A stretch of DNA of 64,000 bases from the NCBI GenBank assembly GCA_965248055.1, contig CBDFIJ010000004.1, positions 608,001 to 672,000 on the forward strand, written 5' to 3'. Position 1 is the stretch's first letter; every line of letters starts with the position of its first letter. Under the pieces are notes generated by a model, which saw only the letters and a program-made list of their open reading frames with translations, was not told where the DNA came from and made no database searches. Source of the DNA: Candidatus Multivoradales bacterium (GTDB lineage: Bacteria > Acidobacteriota > Thermoanaerobaculia > Multivoradales > JAHEKO01). Made by a program: the position numbers and the translations under genes. This document shows positions 38,720-48,420 of this stretch, piece by piece.

Positions 38720-39409
38720 ATGGATTTGATTTCTCAGGAGATACTTCGGTCCGCGACGCCGTTCAGCGCTTTGCCTGATGCTGATCGTCAACATCTTGCG
38801 GCGGTTGCCGAGGTTAAGACATTCCGGGCAGGCGACCTCGTTCTTCGCGAAGGCGAACCGTCGCACTATTTCTACACCATCGTCTCAGGGCGGGTGAAGG
38901 TGTTCAAAACAACTCCATCGGGAAAGGACATCATCTGGGGGATCTTCGGCTCGGGAGATCCCGTGGGCAGCGTGGCGGCGTTTAAGGAAACTCCCTATCC
39001 AGCAACCGCGGCAGCGCTCGAAGAGACTGTTTGCATCCAAATCTCCCGATCCGATCTCTACTCTTTGATGGATGATCACCCTTCGATTGCCAGGGGGCTT
39101 CTCCTTGGTCTGACCCAGCGCCTAGTTGAACTGGTCAACCGCGTGGGAGAACTGACTGGTGCCCGCGTTGAGCCTCGATTGGCGAGGCTCTTTCTTCGGC
39201 TCGCCCACGAAATGGGGCACCACGACCGTGCCGGTATCTTCATCCCGATGGCGCTCAGTCGGCAGGAACTCTCCGACATGACCGGCACTACGATCGAGAC
39301 CTGTATTCGTGTGATGAGTAAATGGCAGAAGGACGACACCGTGCATACCGAAAAAGATGGCTTTGTCGTTTTGGACCGGGCGGTCCTGACAGCCCTCGCC
39401 AACCACTGA
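38720..39409 (+). CDS. Crp/Fnr-family regulator (Dnr/NnrR-like; no FNR Cys cluster)
   Basis: cNMP fold IVSGRVKV, YPATAAALEE; HTH LSRQELSDMTGTTIETCIR. Confidence 0.93.
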   Translation: MDLISQEILRSATPFSALPDADRQHLAAVAEVKTFRAGDLVLREGEPSHYFYTIVSGRVKVFKTTPSGKDIIWGIFGSGDPVGSVAAFKETPYPATAAALEETVCIQISRSDLYSLMDDHPSIARGLLLGLTQRLVELVNRVGELTGARVEPRLARLFLRLAHEMGHHDRAGIFIPMALSRQELSDMTGTTIETCIRVMSKWQKDDTVHTEKDGFVVLDRAVLTALANH

Positions 39410-39436
39410 TCAACGTCTGGCATGGGCAGACCGCAG

Positions 39437-39450
39437 ATGATGTCCGTCAT
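39437..39450. promoter_or_regulatory. Putative Crp/Fnr-type operator
   Basis: ATGAT-GTCC-GTCAT, a dyad resembling TTGAT-N4-ATCAA, upstream of the nos operon. Confidence 0.5.
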
Positions 39451-39481
39451 ACACATTCAGGTTTGACTTTGTAAGCATAGG

Positions 39482-39886
39482 TTGGTGGAGTCCTCCAGTC
39501 TGAACGTTAGGATTGCCGAATTGGCCAACGCCAATCGGTTGCTGATTTCCCAAGCGCAACAGACCGACTGCCAATGCCCTTCTGCGGTATTGAATCTGGG
39601 CGCCTCGATTACCTCCCTCTCAACTCTGGCTTCTTGTCTTTACGAACACAATCGCTTTCTCGACGAAGCGGTCCTCGATGAGCTATTACTTGAGCGTCGG
39701 AGTTTGGCCGATGCCCTCGACCTGCTGAAAACGTTGAGTGAGGCCAACTCAGAATCGCACGACATTGAGCCTCTCGCCAGCGCGCTGGTGGGGCGCATCG
39801 AAGAGTTCCTCGAGCGCGAAGATCGCGCTTTCTACCAACCGCTACTCCGTTCCGCGAGTAGCGATAGCAGGAAGGCGCATAGGTAG
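39482..39886 (+). CDS. Small helical protein, degenerate hemerythrin-like
   Basis: C-terminal FLEREDRAFY resembles hemerythrin HxxxED.xF; start uncertain. Confidence 0.45.
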   Translation: MVESSSLNVRIAELANANRLLISQAQQTDCQCPSAVLNLGASITSLSTLASCLYEHNRFLDEAVLDELLLERRSLADALDLLKTLSEANSESHDIEPLASALVGRIEEFLEREDRAFYQPLLRSASSDSRKAHR

Positions 39887-39947
39887 TGCCTTTTCCCGTC
39901 AATTCAGCAAGGCCGTGTCCCCAAATTTCTGCCATAGGAGGTCCCCA

Positions 39948-41174
39948 ATGAATCTGAAACGGCGAAGCCAACCAGCCCGCAAATTGATCTGGTTCCTCAG
40001 CATCAGCCCTGTTGCTGCCTTGCTCTTTCTTGGGTCGTGCTCCGACGGGGGGGGCAACAGCAGCTCGAACCTGGCAGCAGCGAAAGCGGATAAGCCAGTT
40101 CTTTCGTGGACCCACCTAAACGTTCCTGAACCACCCAACTTTACGCCAGAGCTAGCAAGTAGGGGGGAGCAGGTGTTCAAAGACAACTGTGCGAGCTGTC
40201 ATGGAGAGAGCGGCGCAGCTGACGGCACCTGTGCTGCCTTTTTATCCCCCCAACCAAGGAATTTCACCACCGGTATCTACCGCTTTAAGACCACACCTGG
40301 GGCGGAAATGCCAACCGACCAAGATCTCTTCCGTACCGTCTCGCTGGGAGTCCACAGTACCGGTATGCCCCCTTGGCAGTACTTGCTTTCTGAGGAGGAC
40401 CGCTGGGCGGTGGTGGCTCACTTGAAGACTTTCTCGGACAAGTTCGAGAGCCGAGGGGCAGGGACCCCAGTGGATCTAGGAGACGAGCCGGCAACCATAA
40501 GCGAAGAGATGGTTACCCGTGGCCGAGAGGCGTACGTTAAGGGCCAATGCGGGAAATGCCACGGCGAAGGAGGCTATGGAGACGGTCCGTCTTCGCTCAC
40601 CCTTGAAGATGCCTTCGGCAACGCAATTCCACCGAGGAATTATCATAAAGCGGCAGATTTCAAGCGTGGGCACACCCTGCGCGACATCGCGCTGACGATT
40701 AACACCGGAAATAACGGCACACCAATGCCAGCCTTCAACGAGGCCTTCAGCGAACAAGAGGTCTGGGATCTGGCTGCGTACATTCACAGCCTTGCAGAGT
40801 TACGCTTTGCCGGCGGCGGCACTCCCGCCGCTGCGGTTATGGGAACGGAGCTTGGTGAGCCCGACGTAGTCATTGAGCTGACCGAGCGGCATTGGCAGTT
40901 CATCCCCAACGAAATTCGTGTCCGTCAGGGACAGGTTGTGCGAGTCGACTTTCAGCCTACCGACAACGGCTTGGGCGTCGGCCACGGTTTTGCCATCGAC
41001 GGCTACGATAAAGCCGTTTTCATGAATGGTGTGTTGGTTCAGCGACCGAAGTCGGTTTCTTTCCTGGCGGCGAAAGCGGGAACCTTCACCTTCTACTGCG
41101 CCACCCAGTGCAGCACCGGTCCGCTTCACCCAAAGATGAATGGCAAACTCATCGTCGAGCCGGCCGAGAGCTAA
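39948..41174 (+). CDS. Lipoprotein dihaem cytochrome c fused to a CuA-like cupredoxin
   Basis: AGGAGG RBS; lipobox-like LGSC; CASCH and CGKCH with PRNF/MP motifs; GHGF...YCATQCSTGPLHPKM. Confidence 0.88.
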   Translation: MNLKRRSQPARKLIWFLSISPVAALLFLGSCSDGGGNSSSNLAAAKADKPVLSWTHLNVPEPPNFTPELASRGEQVFKDNCASCHGESGAADGTCAAFLSPQPRNFTTGIYRFKTTPGAEMPTDQDLFRTVSLGVHSTGMPPWQYLLSEEDRWAVVAHLKTFSDKFESRGAGTPVDLGDEPATISEEMVTRGREAYVKGQCGKCHGEGGYGDGPSSLTLEDAFGNAIPPRNYHKAADFKRGHTLRDIALTINTGNNGTPMPAFNEAFSEQEVWDLAAYIHSLAELRFAGGGTPAAAVMGTELGEPDVVIELTERHWQFIPNEIRVRQGQVVRVDFQPTDNGLGVGHGFAIDGYDKAVFMNGVLVQRPKSVSFLAAKAGTFTFYCATQCSTGPLHPKMNGKLIVEPAES

Positions 41175-41184
41175 GGAGATCTAC

Positions 41185-42975
41185 ATGAGCAAGCGAAGAA
41201 ACCAGTTTTGGATCCCGACCATAGTCCTTGTCGCGAGTCTGGTGTTGGTTGCCACCTGCCGTGCACCCAGCAGGACAGCACAAGGAGAAAGCAGCACAGC
41301 CAATCTCAGCAGCCGGACCTATGTTCCGGTCGGTCAATGGGATAAATACTACGCTTTCCTGTCTGGAGGCCAAAGTGGAGCCGTCTACGTCTACGGTTTG
41401 CCTTCGGGCAGGTACATTCGCAGTATTCCGGTCTACGAGCCTCGCGCTGGCTACGGTTACGCCAACGTCCCGGGAACGGAAAGTTACGAGAGACTGGCTG
41501 CGTCAGGGCCAATGTGGGGCGATACCCACCATCCAATCCTCTCCGAAAAGGGCGGGGACTACGACGGAAAGTCTCTGTGGATCAATGACAAAGCCAATAG
41601 CCGCATCGCCAGAGTCGATCTGTCGACCTTCGAGACCAAGGCGATAGCCAAAATCCCAAACCTGCAGGCGACCCACGGAATTGCGGTCATCTCCCCCGAC
41701 ACCAGCTATATCGTTGCCAACGGCGAGTTCCGTGCAGAGGTCCCGCCTGGACGCATTGACGTCGATAACTACGGCTCCATCATGGCCTTTCTTGACCCGA
41801 CGACTCTGGAGCCCCAGTTTGAGGTTCTTATGCCCGGCAATTGCGATATCAACGACTCGAGCAAGGATGGGCGCTGGGCCTTCACGACAATCTACAATCT
41901 TGAGGGGGCCGTGACCGTTGAGGGGATGATTCAGCGCGAAGAGGATGCCATCGGTGCGGTCGACATCCACGCCGCTGAGGCTGCGATTGAACGAGGTGAG
42001 TTCAAAGTTGTCAACGGCGTCAAGGTGATTGACCCCGAGGCAACCACCGAGAAGGTTGTCTATGTGATCCCGGTGCCAAAGAACCCTCACGGGTGCGACG
42101 TAACGCCGGATGGCAAGTACGTCATGGGTACCGGGAAGCTGTCACCGACGGTCACAGTAATCGATATCAGCAAGATCGACCAGGTCGAGAATCCCCGCGA
42201 TGCGATTGCTGGTCAACCCGACGTCGGCCTCGGGCCGCTGCACACGACTTTTGATGGTCGCGGCAACGCCTACACTTCGCTCTTTGTCGACTCACAGATC
42301 GTCAAATGGAACATCGAAAAGGCTATCGCCGGAGACCCTACCTACATTGTCGATCGGGTGGACGTACACTATAACGTTGGCCATACCCAGGCCACGCTTG
42401 CCGAGACAATGCACCCTACCGGGGAATACCTGGTGTCGCTCAACAAACTCTCAAAGGATCAGTACCTGCCTGTTGGCCCAACGATGCCGGAGGCGCAGGA
42501 ACTGATCGATATTTCGGGCGAGAAGATGACACTGCTGTCGTCATTCCCAGCCGAGCCCGAGCCGCACGACGCAGTATTCATGTTGGCTGAAGACCTGATC
42601 CCCAACGTTATCCAGACAGAAGAGCTCACCGCAGATGCAGTGCCAGAAGGGGGCAGTCGTGTAGAAAGGGTTGGACCCAACGAAGTCCACGTTTACATGA
42701 CTGCGATCCGCTCCAAGTACGGTCTTAACGATTTCACCGTTAAGCAAGGAGACAAGGTTACGATCACTCTCACCAACATCGAGACGATTCGCGACATGAG
42801 CCACGGTTTCGCAATCGAAGACTATGGCGTCAATCTGGCTTTGGACCCGGGACAGACGCGTGAAGTGACCTTCGTCGCCGAACATCCGGGTACCCACTGG
42901 TACTACTGCACCTGGTTCTGTTCGGCGCTTCATCTTGAAATGAGAGGGAGGATGCTGGTCGAAGAGAATGGGTAG
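41185..42975 (+). CDS. nosZ: Nitrous oxide reductase
   Basis: CuZ His motifs DTHH, THG, PHG, GPLH, VGH, EPH; CuA HGF...CTWFCSALHLEM; AAGGAG RBS. Confidence 0.96.
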   Translation: MSKRRNQFWIPTIVLVASLVLVATCRAPSRTAQGESSTANLSSRTYVPVGQWDKYYAFLSGGQSGAVYVYGLPSGRYIRSIPVYEPRAGYGYANVPGTESYERLAASGPMWGDTHHPILSEKGGDYDGKSLWINDKANSRIARVDLSTFETKAIAKIPNLQATHGIAVISPDTSYIVANGEFRAEVPPGRIDVDNYGSIMAFLDPTTLEPQFEVLMPGNCDINDSSKDGRWAFTTIYNLEGAVTVEGMIQREEDAIGAVDIHAAEAAIERGEFKVVNGVKVIDPEATTEKVVYVIPVPKNPHGCDVTPDGKYVMGTGKLSPTVTVIDISKIDQVENPRDAIAGQPDVGLGPLHTTFDGRGNAYTSLFVDSQIVKWNIEKAIAGDPTYIVDRVDVHYNVGHTQATLAETMHPTGEYLVSLNKLSKDQYLPVGPTMPEAQELIDISGEKMTLLSSFPAEPEPHDAVFMLAEDLIPNVIQTEELTADAVPEGGSRVERVGPNEVHVYMTAIRSKYGLNDFTVKQGDKVTITLTNIETIRDMSHGFAIEDYGVNLALDPGQTREVTFVAEHPGTHWYYCTWFCSALHLEMRGRMLVEENG

Positions 42976-43624
42976 ACCTGTGTTCGTCACGGTGGCGATG
43001 CTACTCGTCGCCACCTTGGCGCTGCCCCTGTGGTCGACTCGGATGGAGGCGCCACAGTACAAAGGTGACGAAGCGCTAGAGGTCGAGGTTTACGCTGGCC
43101 GCGTTCAGGGAGACATCGACGAGATCGAACTGCTAAACCAATACGTCGGAGTCCACCTGCCTCTTGGCACTCCAGAACTTGTCGCTGCGCCCTGGGTCTT
43201 GGGCTCCTTCTTGTTGATCGCCCTGATTGCTGTGGCGCTCCCCCTCACGCAACGCCGACGTGTTGCGGTTGTTCTTAGCATCGTGATGCTCGGAGTGATA
43301 CTGGGCGGCGCTACTGTATTGCAGTACCGTCTATATCAAATGGGGCACCAACGCAGTCCAACAATCATGAATGGTGTTGATGACTTTACTCCTCCCATTT
43401 TGGGCTCGAAAAAGATCGCCAACTTCACCGTCTACATGAATCTCGGAATCGGTGCCTGGGCCTATCTAGCTGCGCTACTCCTGCTCGCTTGGTCTCTATG
43501 GCGGTGGTCGCCCAAAGGCGACCCCGAACTCTGGCGGAGAAATCGGTCAGCGAACAGCAATCGAATTCAAAGGTGTCTCAACCGATTTCCTCGAAACTTC
43601 CCGTCACCCGATAATCAGGCATGA
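42968..43624 (+). CDS. NosB-like membrane protein (clade II nos clusters)
   Basis: LPLWSTRMEAPQY, LNQYVG, FTPPILGSKKIANF. Confidence 0.82.
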   Translation: MGRPVFVTVAMLLVATLALPLWSTRMEAPQYKGDEALEVEVYAGRVQGDIDEIELLNQYVGVHLPLGTPELVAAPWVLGSFLLIALIAVALPLTQRRRVAVVLSIVMLGVILGGATVLQYRLYQMGHQRSPTIMNGVDDFTPPILGSKKIANFTVYMNLGIGAWAYLAALLLLAWSLWRWSPKGDPELWRRNRSANSNRIQRCLNRFPRNFPSPDNQA

Positions 43625-45072
43625 TCACCAAAACGAGTCCAGGTCAGATCCATCCACCGGCTGGCCACCCGGGATGGGGCATTGCGGCAGCTCTAGCGAG
43701 TGCGGTAATGCTCCTGGCCCTGCTGGTCGGTGGAATGGTGCTGATTCCCCGTTACCGCGCAGCTAACCCAGCGAGTGACCTTCAACTGAGCGATGCTGAT
43801 CGGGTGTCAATCGACGATCTCTACCTAGACCTGACGATCGTCACTCCAAAGTTCCTCGCCAGCCGGAACCTTGAACGCTTCTTGGGTGGACACGAGGCGG
43901 ATACCGTTCTGCCTTTGATTGTTGGGGTAAACGCTCACAAAGGCTCCATCGAACACATGCATCACCTAGACGGCGATGTGCATCTCCTTGACACCGATGG
44001 AGCGCGCTACCCGGCCCTCACCGAACCGATCGTGCTGACCGAACATCACAACGCCTACATGCTGCTATTCCCGCCACGGGATAACCACGGGAGTCCCTTC
44101 TTGCACGCCGAGGAGGGGAGTATCGTCGTTGAAGTTACTGGGATGGGGGCGGTTCCTGTTCGTAGATTCGAGTGGCAACTACCGCTCGACGAAAGTACCG
44201 AATCTGGGGTGCTAGGCGTTCTGATGCTGTTGGTAGCGCTCACCGGAGCTCTGCTGGTTGTGCTTTCGCCGTGTGCTCTCGAGCTAACTCTTTACTACAC
44301 AGCGATTATCTCGGCGACGATTGATGAAAGTGAAAAAGAAGTCGTGGCGAAGGGAGGCCTCGCTGCCGCTGACGGAGTTCGCCGACGAGTCCTGATCAAC
44401 CTTGGGAGTTTCGTCGCTGGCTTTACCCTCCTCTACTCCGCTGCCGGAGCGACAGTAGGCCTGATTGGGCAGGGAGTGCGCCAACCGCTTGGCGAGTACG
44501 GCGTTCTGATCCAAATTGCGGGAGGTGGCCTGATTCTCTTCTTTGCTCTTAAAGTCCTTGGACTCAATCAGTGGATTGGTCGCCGATTGGGATCCTCAGA
44601 TCTCCGAATCCCCGTACTCGGTCGGTGGTACCCCGCTCTAACGGGCGGGCTAAGACGCGCTTTGACTCGGCTCCGCTTTCGCGGTGAGAGCCGCGCAACA
44701 GAGCACGGGACGATGCGAGCCACTGACTCGTTTCTGGTTGGCATGGGGCTGTCATCAGCTTGCCTTGGCTGTATGGGGGGCGCGGTCCTCTACCCTCTTC
44801 TGGTTTACGCTGGAATCACCTCATGGTACTCAGGGCTCATTACCTTGGCCCTTTTCTCGCTGGCTATTGCTTTGCCAATGGTCACAATTGCCCTCGGGTT
44901 CTCGCGAATTCGACTCACGCTTGGCACTAGACCTGGAGTTACTCACACGCTGAAGTACGCCAGCGGTGTTCTGCTTGCCGGAATAGGCCTTCTGATCATT
45001 ACCGGCCGCGAACGGCTGATCACCGACGTGGCGTTCAAGTTCCTCGCCAATGTCACCCAGTGGTTCGCCTGA
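43621..45072 (+). CDS. His-rich soluble domain fused to a CcdA/DsbD-like membrane domain
   Basis: AHKGSIEHMHH and EHHNAY; LSPC, FVAGF, CLGCMGG in TM region. Confidence 0.75.
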   Translation: MITKTSPGQIHPPAGHPGWGIAAALASAVMLLALLVGGMVLIPRYRAANPASDLQLSDADRVSIDDLYLDLTIVTPKFLASRNLERFLGGHEADTVLPLIVGVNAHKGSIEHMHHLDGDVHLLDTDGARYPALTEPIVLTEHHNAYMLLFPPRDNHGSPFLHAEEGSIVVEVTGMGAVPVRRFEWQLPLDESTESGVLGVLMLLVALTGALLVVLSPCALELTLYYTAIISATIDESEKEVVAKGGLAAADGVRRRVLINLGSFVAGFTLLYSAAGATVGLIGQGVRQPLGEYGVLIQIAGGGLILFFALKVLGLNQWIGRRLGSSDLRIPVLGRWYPALTGGLRRALTRLRFRGESRATEHGTMRATDSFLVGMGLSSACLGCMGGAVLYPLLVYAGITSWYSGLITLALFSLAIALPMVTIALGFSRIRLTLGTRPGVTHTLKYASGVLLAGIGLLIITGRERLITDVAFKFLANVTQWFA

Positions 45073-46298
45073 TCCCTGTTCTCAGCTGTCTTGCGACCTT
45101 CGCTATTCCTGCGCAGGCCGCTCAGATTGTTGTCGATCCCGGTGAACTGAAAGCCGCCCTTCTAGATGCGGCTCCAGGCGACACCCTCAGGCTGCTGCCG
45201 GGGGTTCATTCCGGCCCAATCACCATCGACCTTCCGCTCCGACTGGAAGGCGCACCAGGGGCGGTTCTCGAAGGACCAGGAGTCGGTACCGTACTGACTC
45301 TGACAGCCGATGGGATCACTATCACGGGCCTCACGGTGCGCGGCTCCGGTAGCGATCTCTCACGGGACGAAGCGGTGATTCTGATAAAGCAAGCACAGGG
45401 CATAACGATTGAAAACTGCCTTGTGGAGGCGAAAGCTTTCGGTATCTATCTGGAGTCCGGAAGGGGGCACCGCATTCGGCGCAATCAGGTACTAGGGGAC
45501 ACGTCATTGCAGGTGGCTCGAAGAGGCAACGGCATTCACCTGTGGCAGACCGAAGACAACGAGATTCTAGATAATCGCCTAGTCGACGTGCGAGACGGAA
45601 TCTACTTGTCGTTCGCCCACGACAATGTGATCCGCGGAAACCGGGGACAAGGACTGCGCTACGGTATTCACTACATGTATTCGGAACGAAATACCCTGTC
45701 TGAGAACCATTTCAGCAACGGTATCGGTGGAATCGCTCTGATGTTTTCGATGCGCAATCGAATTGAGAACAACGACACTTTCAACAACCGTGACTTCGGC
45801 ATCTTGTGCCAGCAGATAGAGAACTCGCAGATTGAGGGTAACCGCGCGTTCGGAAACGGCCGTGGTTTCTACCTTGAGAACTCCGCCATCAATCGGTTCG
45901 TGGGCAACCGGTTGAAAGCCAATGGCGTAGGTGTCTATCTCACCGCCGGCTCAGAGCAGAACGTGTTTACCCACAATCACTTTGTCGGTAACTTGGTTCA
46001 GGTGTTCGAAGACCATCCAGGTATCAACACCTTTTTCGATCAACAGCAGGGTAACTTCTGGGGCGACTACGCTGGTTTTGACTGGAACGGCGACGGAATC
46101 GGTGAAACCCCATACCGCTTGAACACCGCGGCTTCCGCGTTGATGGCGCGAAAGCCGATAGCTCGTTGGTTTTGGATGAGCCCGGCACTGGCCCTTCTGG
46201 AATGGTGGGATACCCGCATAGCAAAAGCCAAAGTCCAGAGCTTTGATCCATTCCCGCTGATTGGCTCTAACGTCGAAGCACAGCAGGTGTTGCAGTGA
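45060..46298 (+). CDS. nosD: NosD maturation protein
   Basis: RRGNGIHLW, RDGIY, LRYGIHYMYS, GNFWGDYAGFDWNGDGIGETPY. Confidence 0.95.
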   Translation: MVRLIPVLSCLATFAIPAQAAQIVVDPGELKAALLDAAPGDTLRLLPGVHSGPITIDLPLRLEGAPGAVLEGPGVGTVLTLTADGITITGLTVRGSGSDLSRDEAVILIKQAQGITIENCLVEAKAFGIYLESGRGHRIRRNQVLGDTSLQVARRGNGIHLWQTEDNEILDNRLVDVRDGIYLSFAHDNVIRGNRGQGLRYGIHYMYSERNTLSENHFSNGIGGIALMFSMRNRIENNDTFNNRDFGILCQQIENSQIEGNRAFGNGRGFYLENSAINRFVGNRLKANGVGVYLTAGSEQNVFTHNHFVGNLVQVFEDHPGINTFFDQQQGNFWGDYAGFDWNGDGIGETPYRLNTAASALMARKPIARWFWMSPALALLEWWDTRIAKAKVQSFDPFPLIGSNVEAQQVLQ

Positions 46299-47029
46299 TG
46301 ACAGGTGTCCAATTCGTCAAAGCCGGACGTCGCTTTGGTCGCCACCTGGCACTTCACAACCTGGATCTCGACTGCCCACGAGGGGTCTTGACTTGCCTTG
46401 TGGGTCCCAATGGCGCTGGCAAATCAACCGCGTTAGCACTGGCAGCAGGCCTTCTGGCACCAACGACGGGGGCAGTTGTCAACGGTGGCCGCCCGGTGCG
46501 CCTATCCGGGCCACTAGAGGACACAGGCTATCTCCCTCAGCGAAGTGCTTTTCACCCTTCGTTCACCGTCAGCGAAGTCCTAGATTTCACAGTCGCAGCT
46601 CGCGGCAACAGCAACCTTGTGAGGTGCCAAGCACTGACCGTCACCGGACTGGATTCAGTACTTGATCGTTCTGTCGGCGAGCTCTCGGGCGGTTGGATCC
46701 GACGCCTCGGCCTGCTTTCGGCATTGCTGGGGTCACCCGCCGTGCTACTCCTCGACGAACCCTTCGTCGGGCTCGACCCTGAAACCCACGATCGCTTGCT
46801 GGCACACCTCGCGTCGCGTCTACAGTCCGGTGCAACCATCCTCATGGCCAGCCACGAATTCGAAGCTGCAGACCCATTGCATCCTAAAGTGGCAGTCCTC
46901 GAAGAGGGTCGTCTGCTCCTCACCGCTCAAGTGTCGGGCGACACGCCGAATGGCAACTCCTCCAGCCGCTCTTTCTACCGTCGAGCTCTACAGAAGGGTT
47001 CGATTCCCACCCAACAAGAGAAGGAATGA
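46295..47029 (+). CDS. nosF: NosF ABC ATPase
   Basis: GPNGAGKS, GYLPQ, LSGG, LLDEP; follows nosD. Confidence 0.88.
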   Translation: MMTGVQFVKAGRRFGRHLALHNLDLDCPRGVLTCLVGPNGAGKSTALALAAGLLAPTTGAVVNGGRPVRLSGPLEDTGYLPQRSAFHPSFTVSEVLDFTVAARGNSNLVRCQALTVTGLDSVLDRSVGELSGGWIRRLGLLSALLGSPAVLLLDEPFVGLDPETHDRLLAHLASRLQSGATILMASHEFEAADPLHPKVAVLEEGRLLLTAQVSGDTPNGNSSSRSFYRRALQKGSIPTQQEKE

Positions 47030-47964
47030 TGATCCCTCTGCGCGCGCTGATGCTGGTAGCCCTGAGAGAGGTGCGGCTATTGCGCCGCAGCCGGGCAACA
47101 CTCGGCGCCGTCGCCTTGCTCGCTTCCGTGGCTTGGATGGCGGCAGTCCTGCAACCACTGCGCCGCGGTTCTTTGGGAGTCGCTTCGTTTACTGAGATGC
47201 AGCCTCTCCAGATTGCCCTGGGTGCAGTGATCTTGCCATTGCTTGCTCTGTTGGCAGGAGCTGAACTGTTTGCTGGCGAACTGGCGGAAGGGTCCCTGGT
47301 ACCGCTCTTGACTCTGCCGATTTCACGCCGAGCTTGCTTTGTCGGCAAGTGCCTCGGCCGTGGCATGACTCTTGGCATTCTCTATATCGTCGCGTTTGCG
47401 AGCGTCGGCGTCACCGTAGCAGTGGCACGGGGTGGGGCTGGTTGGAGGGACTGGATCGTGGTCACCGGCGCCGGCCTGCTGCTAGCGTTTTCGACCGGCT
47501 GCGTCGGTACGGCTCTCGGCGCCACAGGCAAAGGTCGTGTGCGGGCGTTTGGCGCGGCACTATTTACCTGGGTCATTCTTGTCTTCGCTCTCGACGCCTT
47601 ACTACTCACCTTAGTGATTGCGCTCGCTCCGCCTCCGCCAGATGGCATTGGTACGCATGGACATGGAGAAATCGCCGCTCCCCAAGGAACAATGCCAAGC
47701 CACGACCCACACGCCCGCGAGTCAGAGCCAGAGTCACCGAGAGCTGGAGGGCTATCCAAGCGACTTATGGCCCTGAGCCCTGTCAGTCTCTTTCGTTTGA
47801 CCTGCCTGGCGGCAAGCAAGAGCTTGAAGCCTCGGCTCACCTTGGCACTGCCAGGCGACAGCCCGGCCGAACTCTGGACAACGCTATCCATCGGGTGGTT
47901 GATTTGGATAATGGCTCCGCTTGCTTTCGGGTTACGTCGATTCCTTCGCGCCAGCCTGAGTTAA
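47026..47964 (+). CDS. nosY: NosY ABC permease
   Basis: LPLLALL...GELAEGSL, PISR...GK, ALSPVSLFR; follows nosF. Confidence 0.85.
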   Translation: MMIPLRALMLVALREVRLLRRSRATLGAVALLASVAWMAAVLQPLRRGSLGVASFTEMQPLQIALGAVILPLLALLAGAELFAGELAEGSLVPLLTLPISRRACFVGKCLGRGMTLGILYIVAFASVGVTVAVARGGAGWRDWIVVTGAGLLLAFSTGCVGTALGATGKGRVRAFGAALFTWVILVFALDALLLTLVIALAPPPPDGIGTHGHGEIAAPQGTMPSHDPHARESEPESPRAGGLSKRLMALSPVSLFRLTCLAASKSLKPRLTLALPGDSPAELWTTLSIGWLIWIMAPLAFGLRRFLRASLS

Positions 47965-48420
47965 GCCTAAGAATTTTCTCTCGCGACTGGACGCAACAGC
48001 GTCCCCTGTTGCTCGCCGAACAACGAAATCATAGGTGGCAAAATTGTTGGGATGCCGAGCTTGAAAACATATTCCAGCTTCGTCGGTCAACCTGTCGTTG
48101 TAATTGTGGAATCCGCAGTTAGCATCTGGGGTGACGTCACCCTTGACTGGAAAGACCTCTGCTGAGCAGCGATTGTTGTCAACCCGCAGCACCATCTTGA
48201 ACCCCGATGCGTTCAGTGCGGCTGAAATCAACTCGTGGCTCAAGCTATGTTGTTTCCCAATACGCTGCATCGGAAATCGCATAGCGGCAACGTTGCCGCA
48301 GCGATCAACCGACGACAAGCTAAACAAAGAGCTGTTCAGAGGCATCTCTAACCCAATGAGAACCACCGCATCTCGGCGACGTCGCTTTGAGCACTGGGTC
48401 GAGAGGCGATAAAAGGAGAA

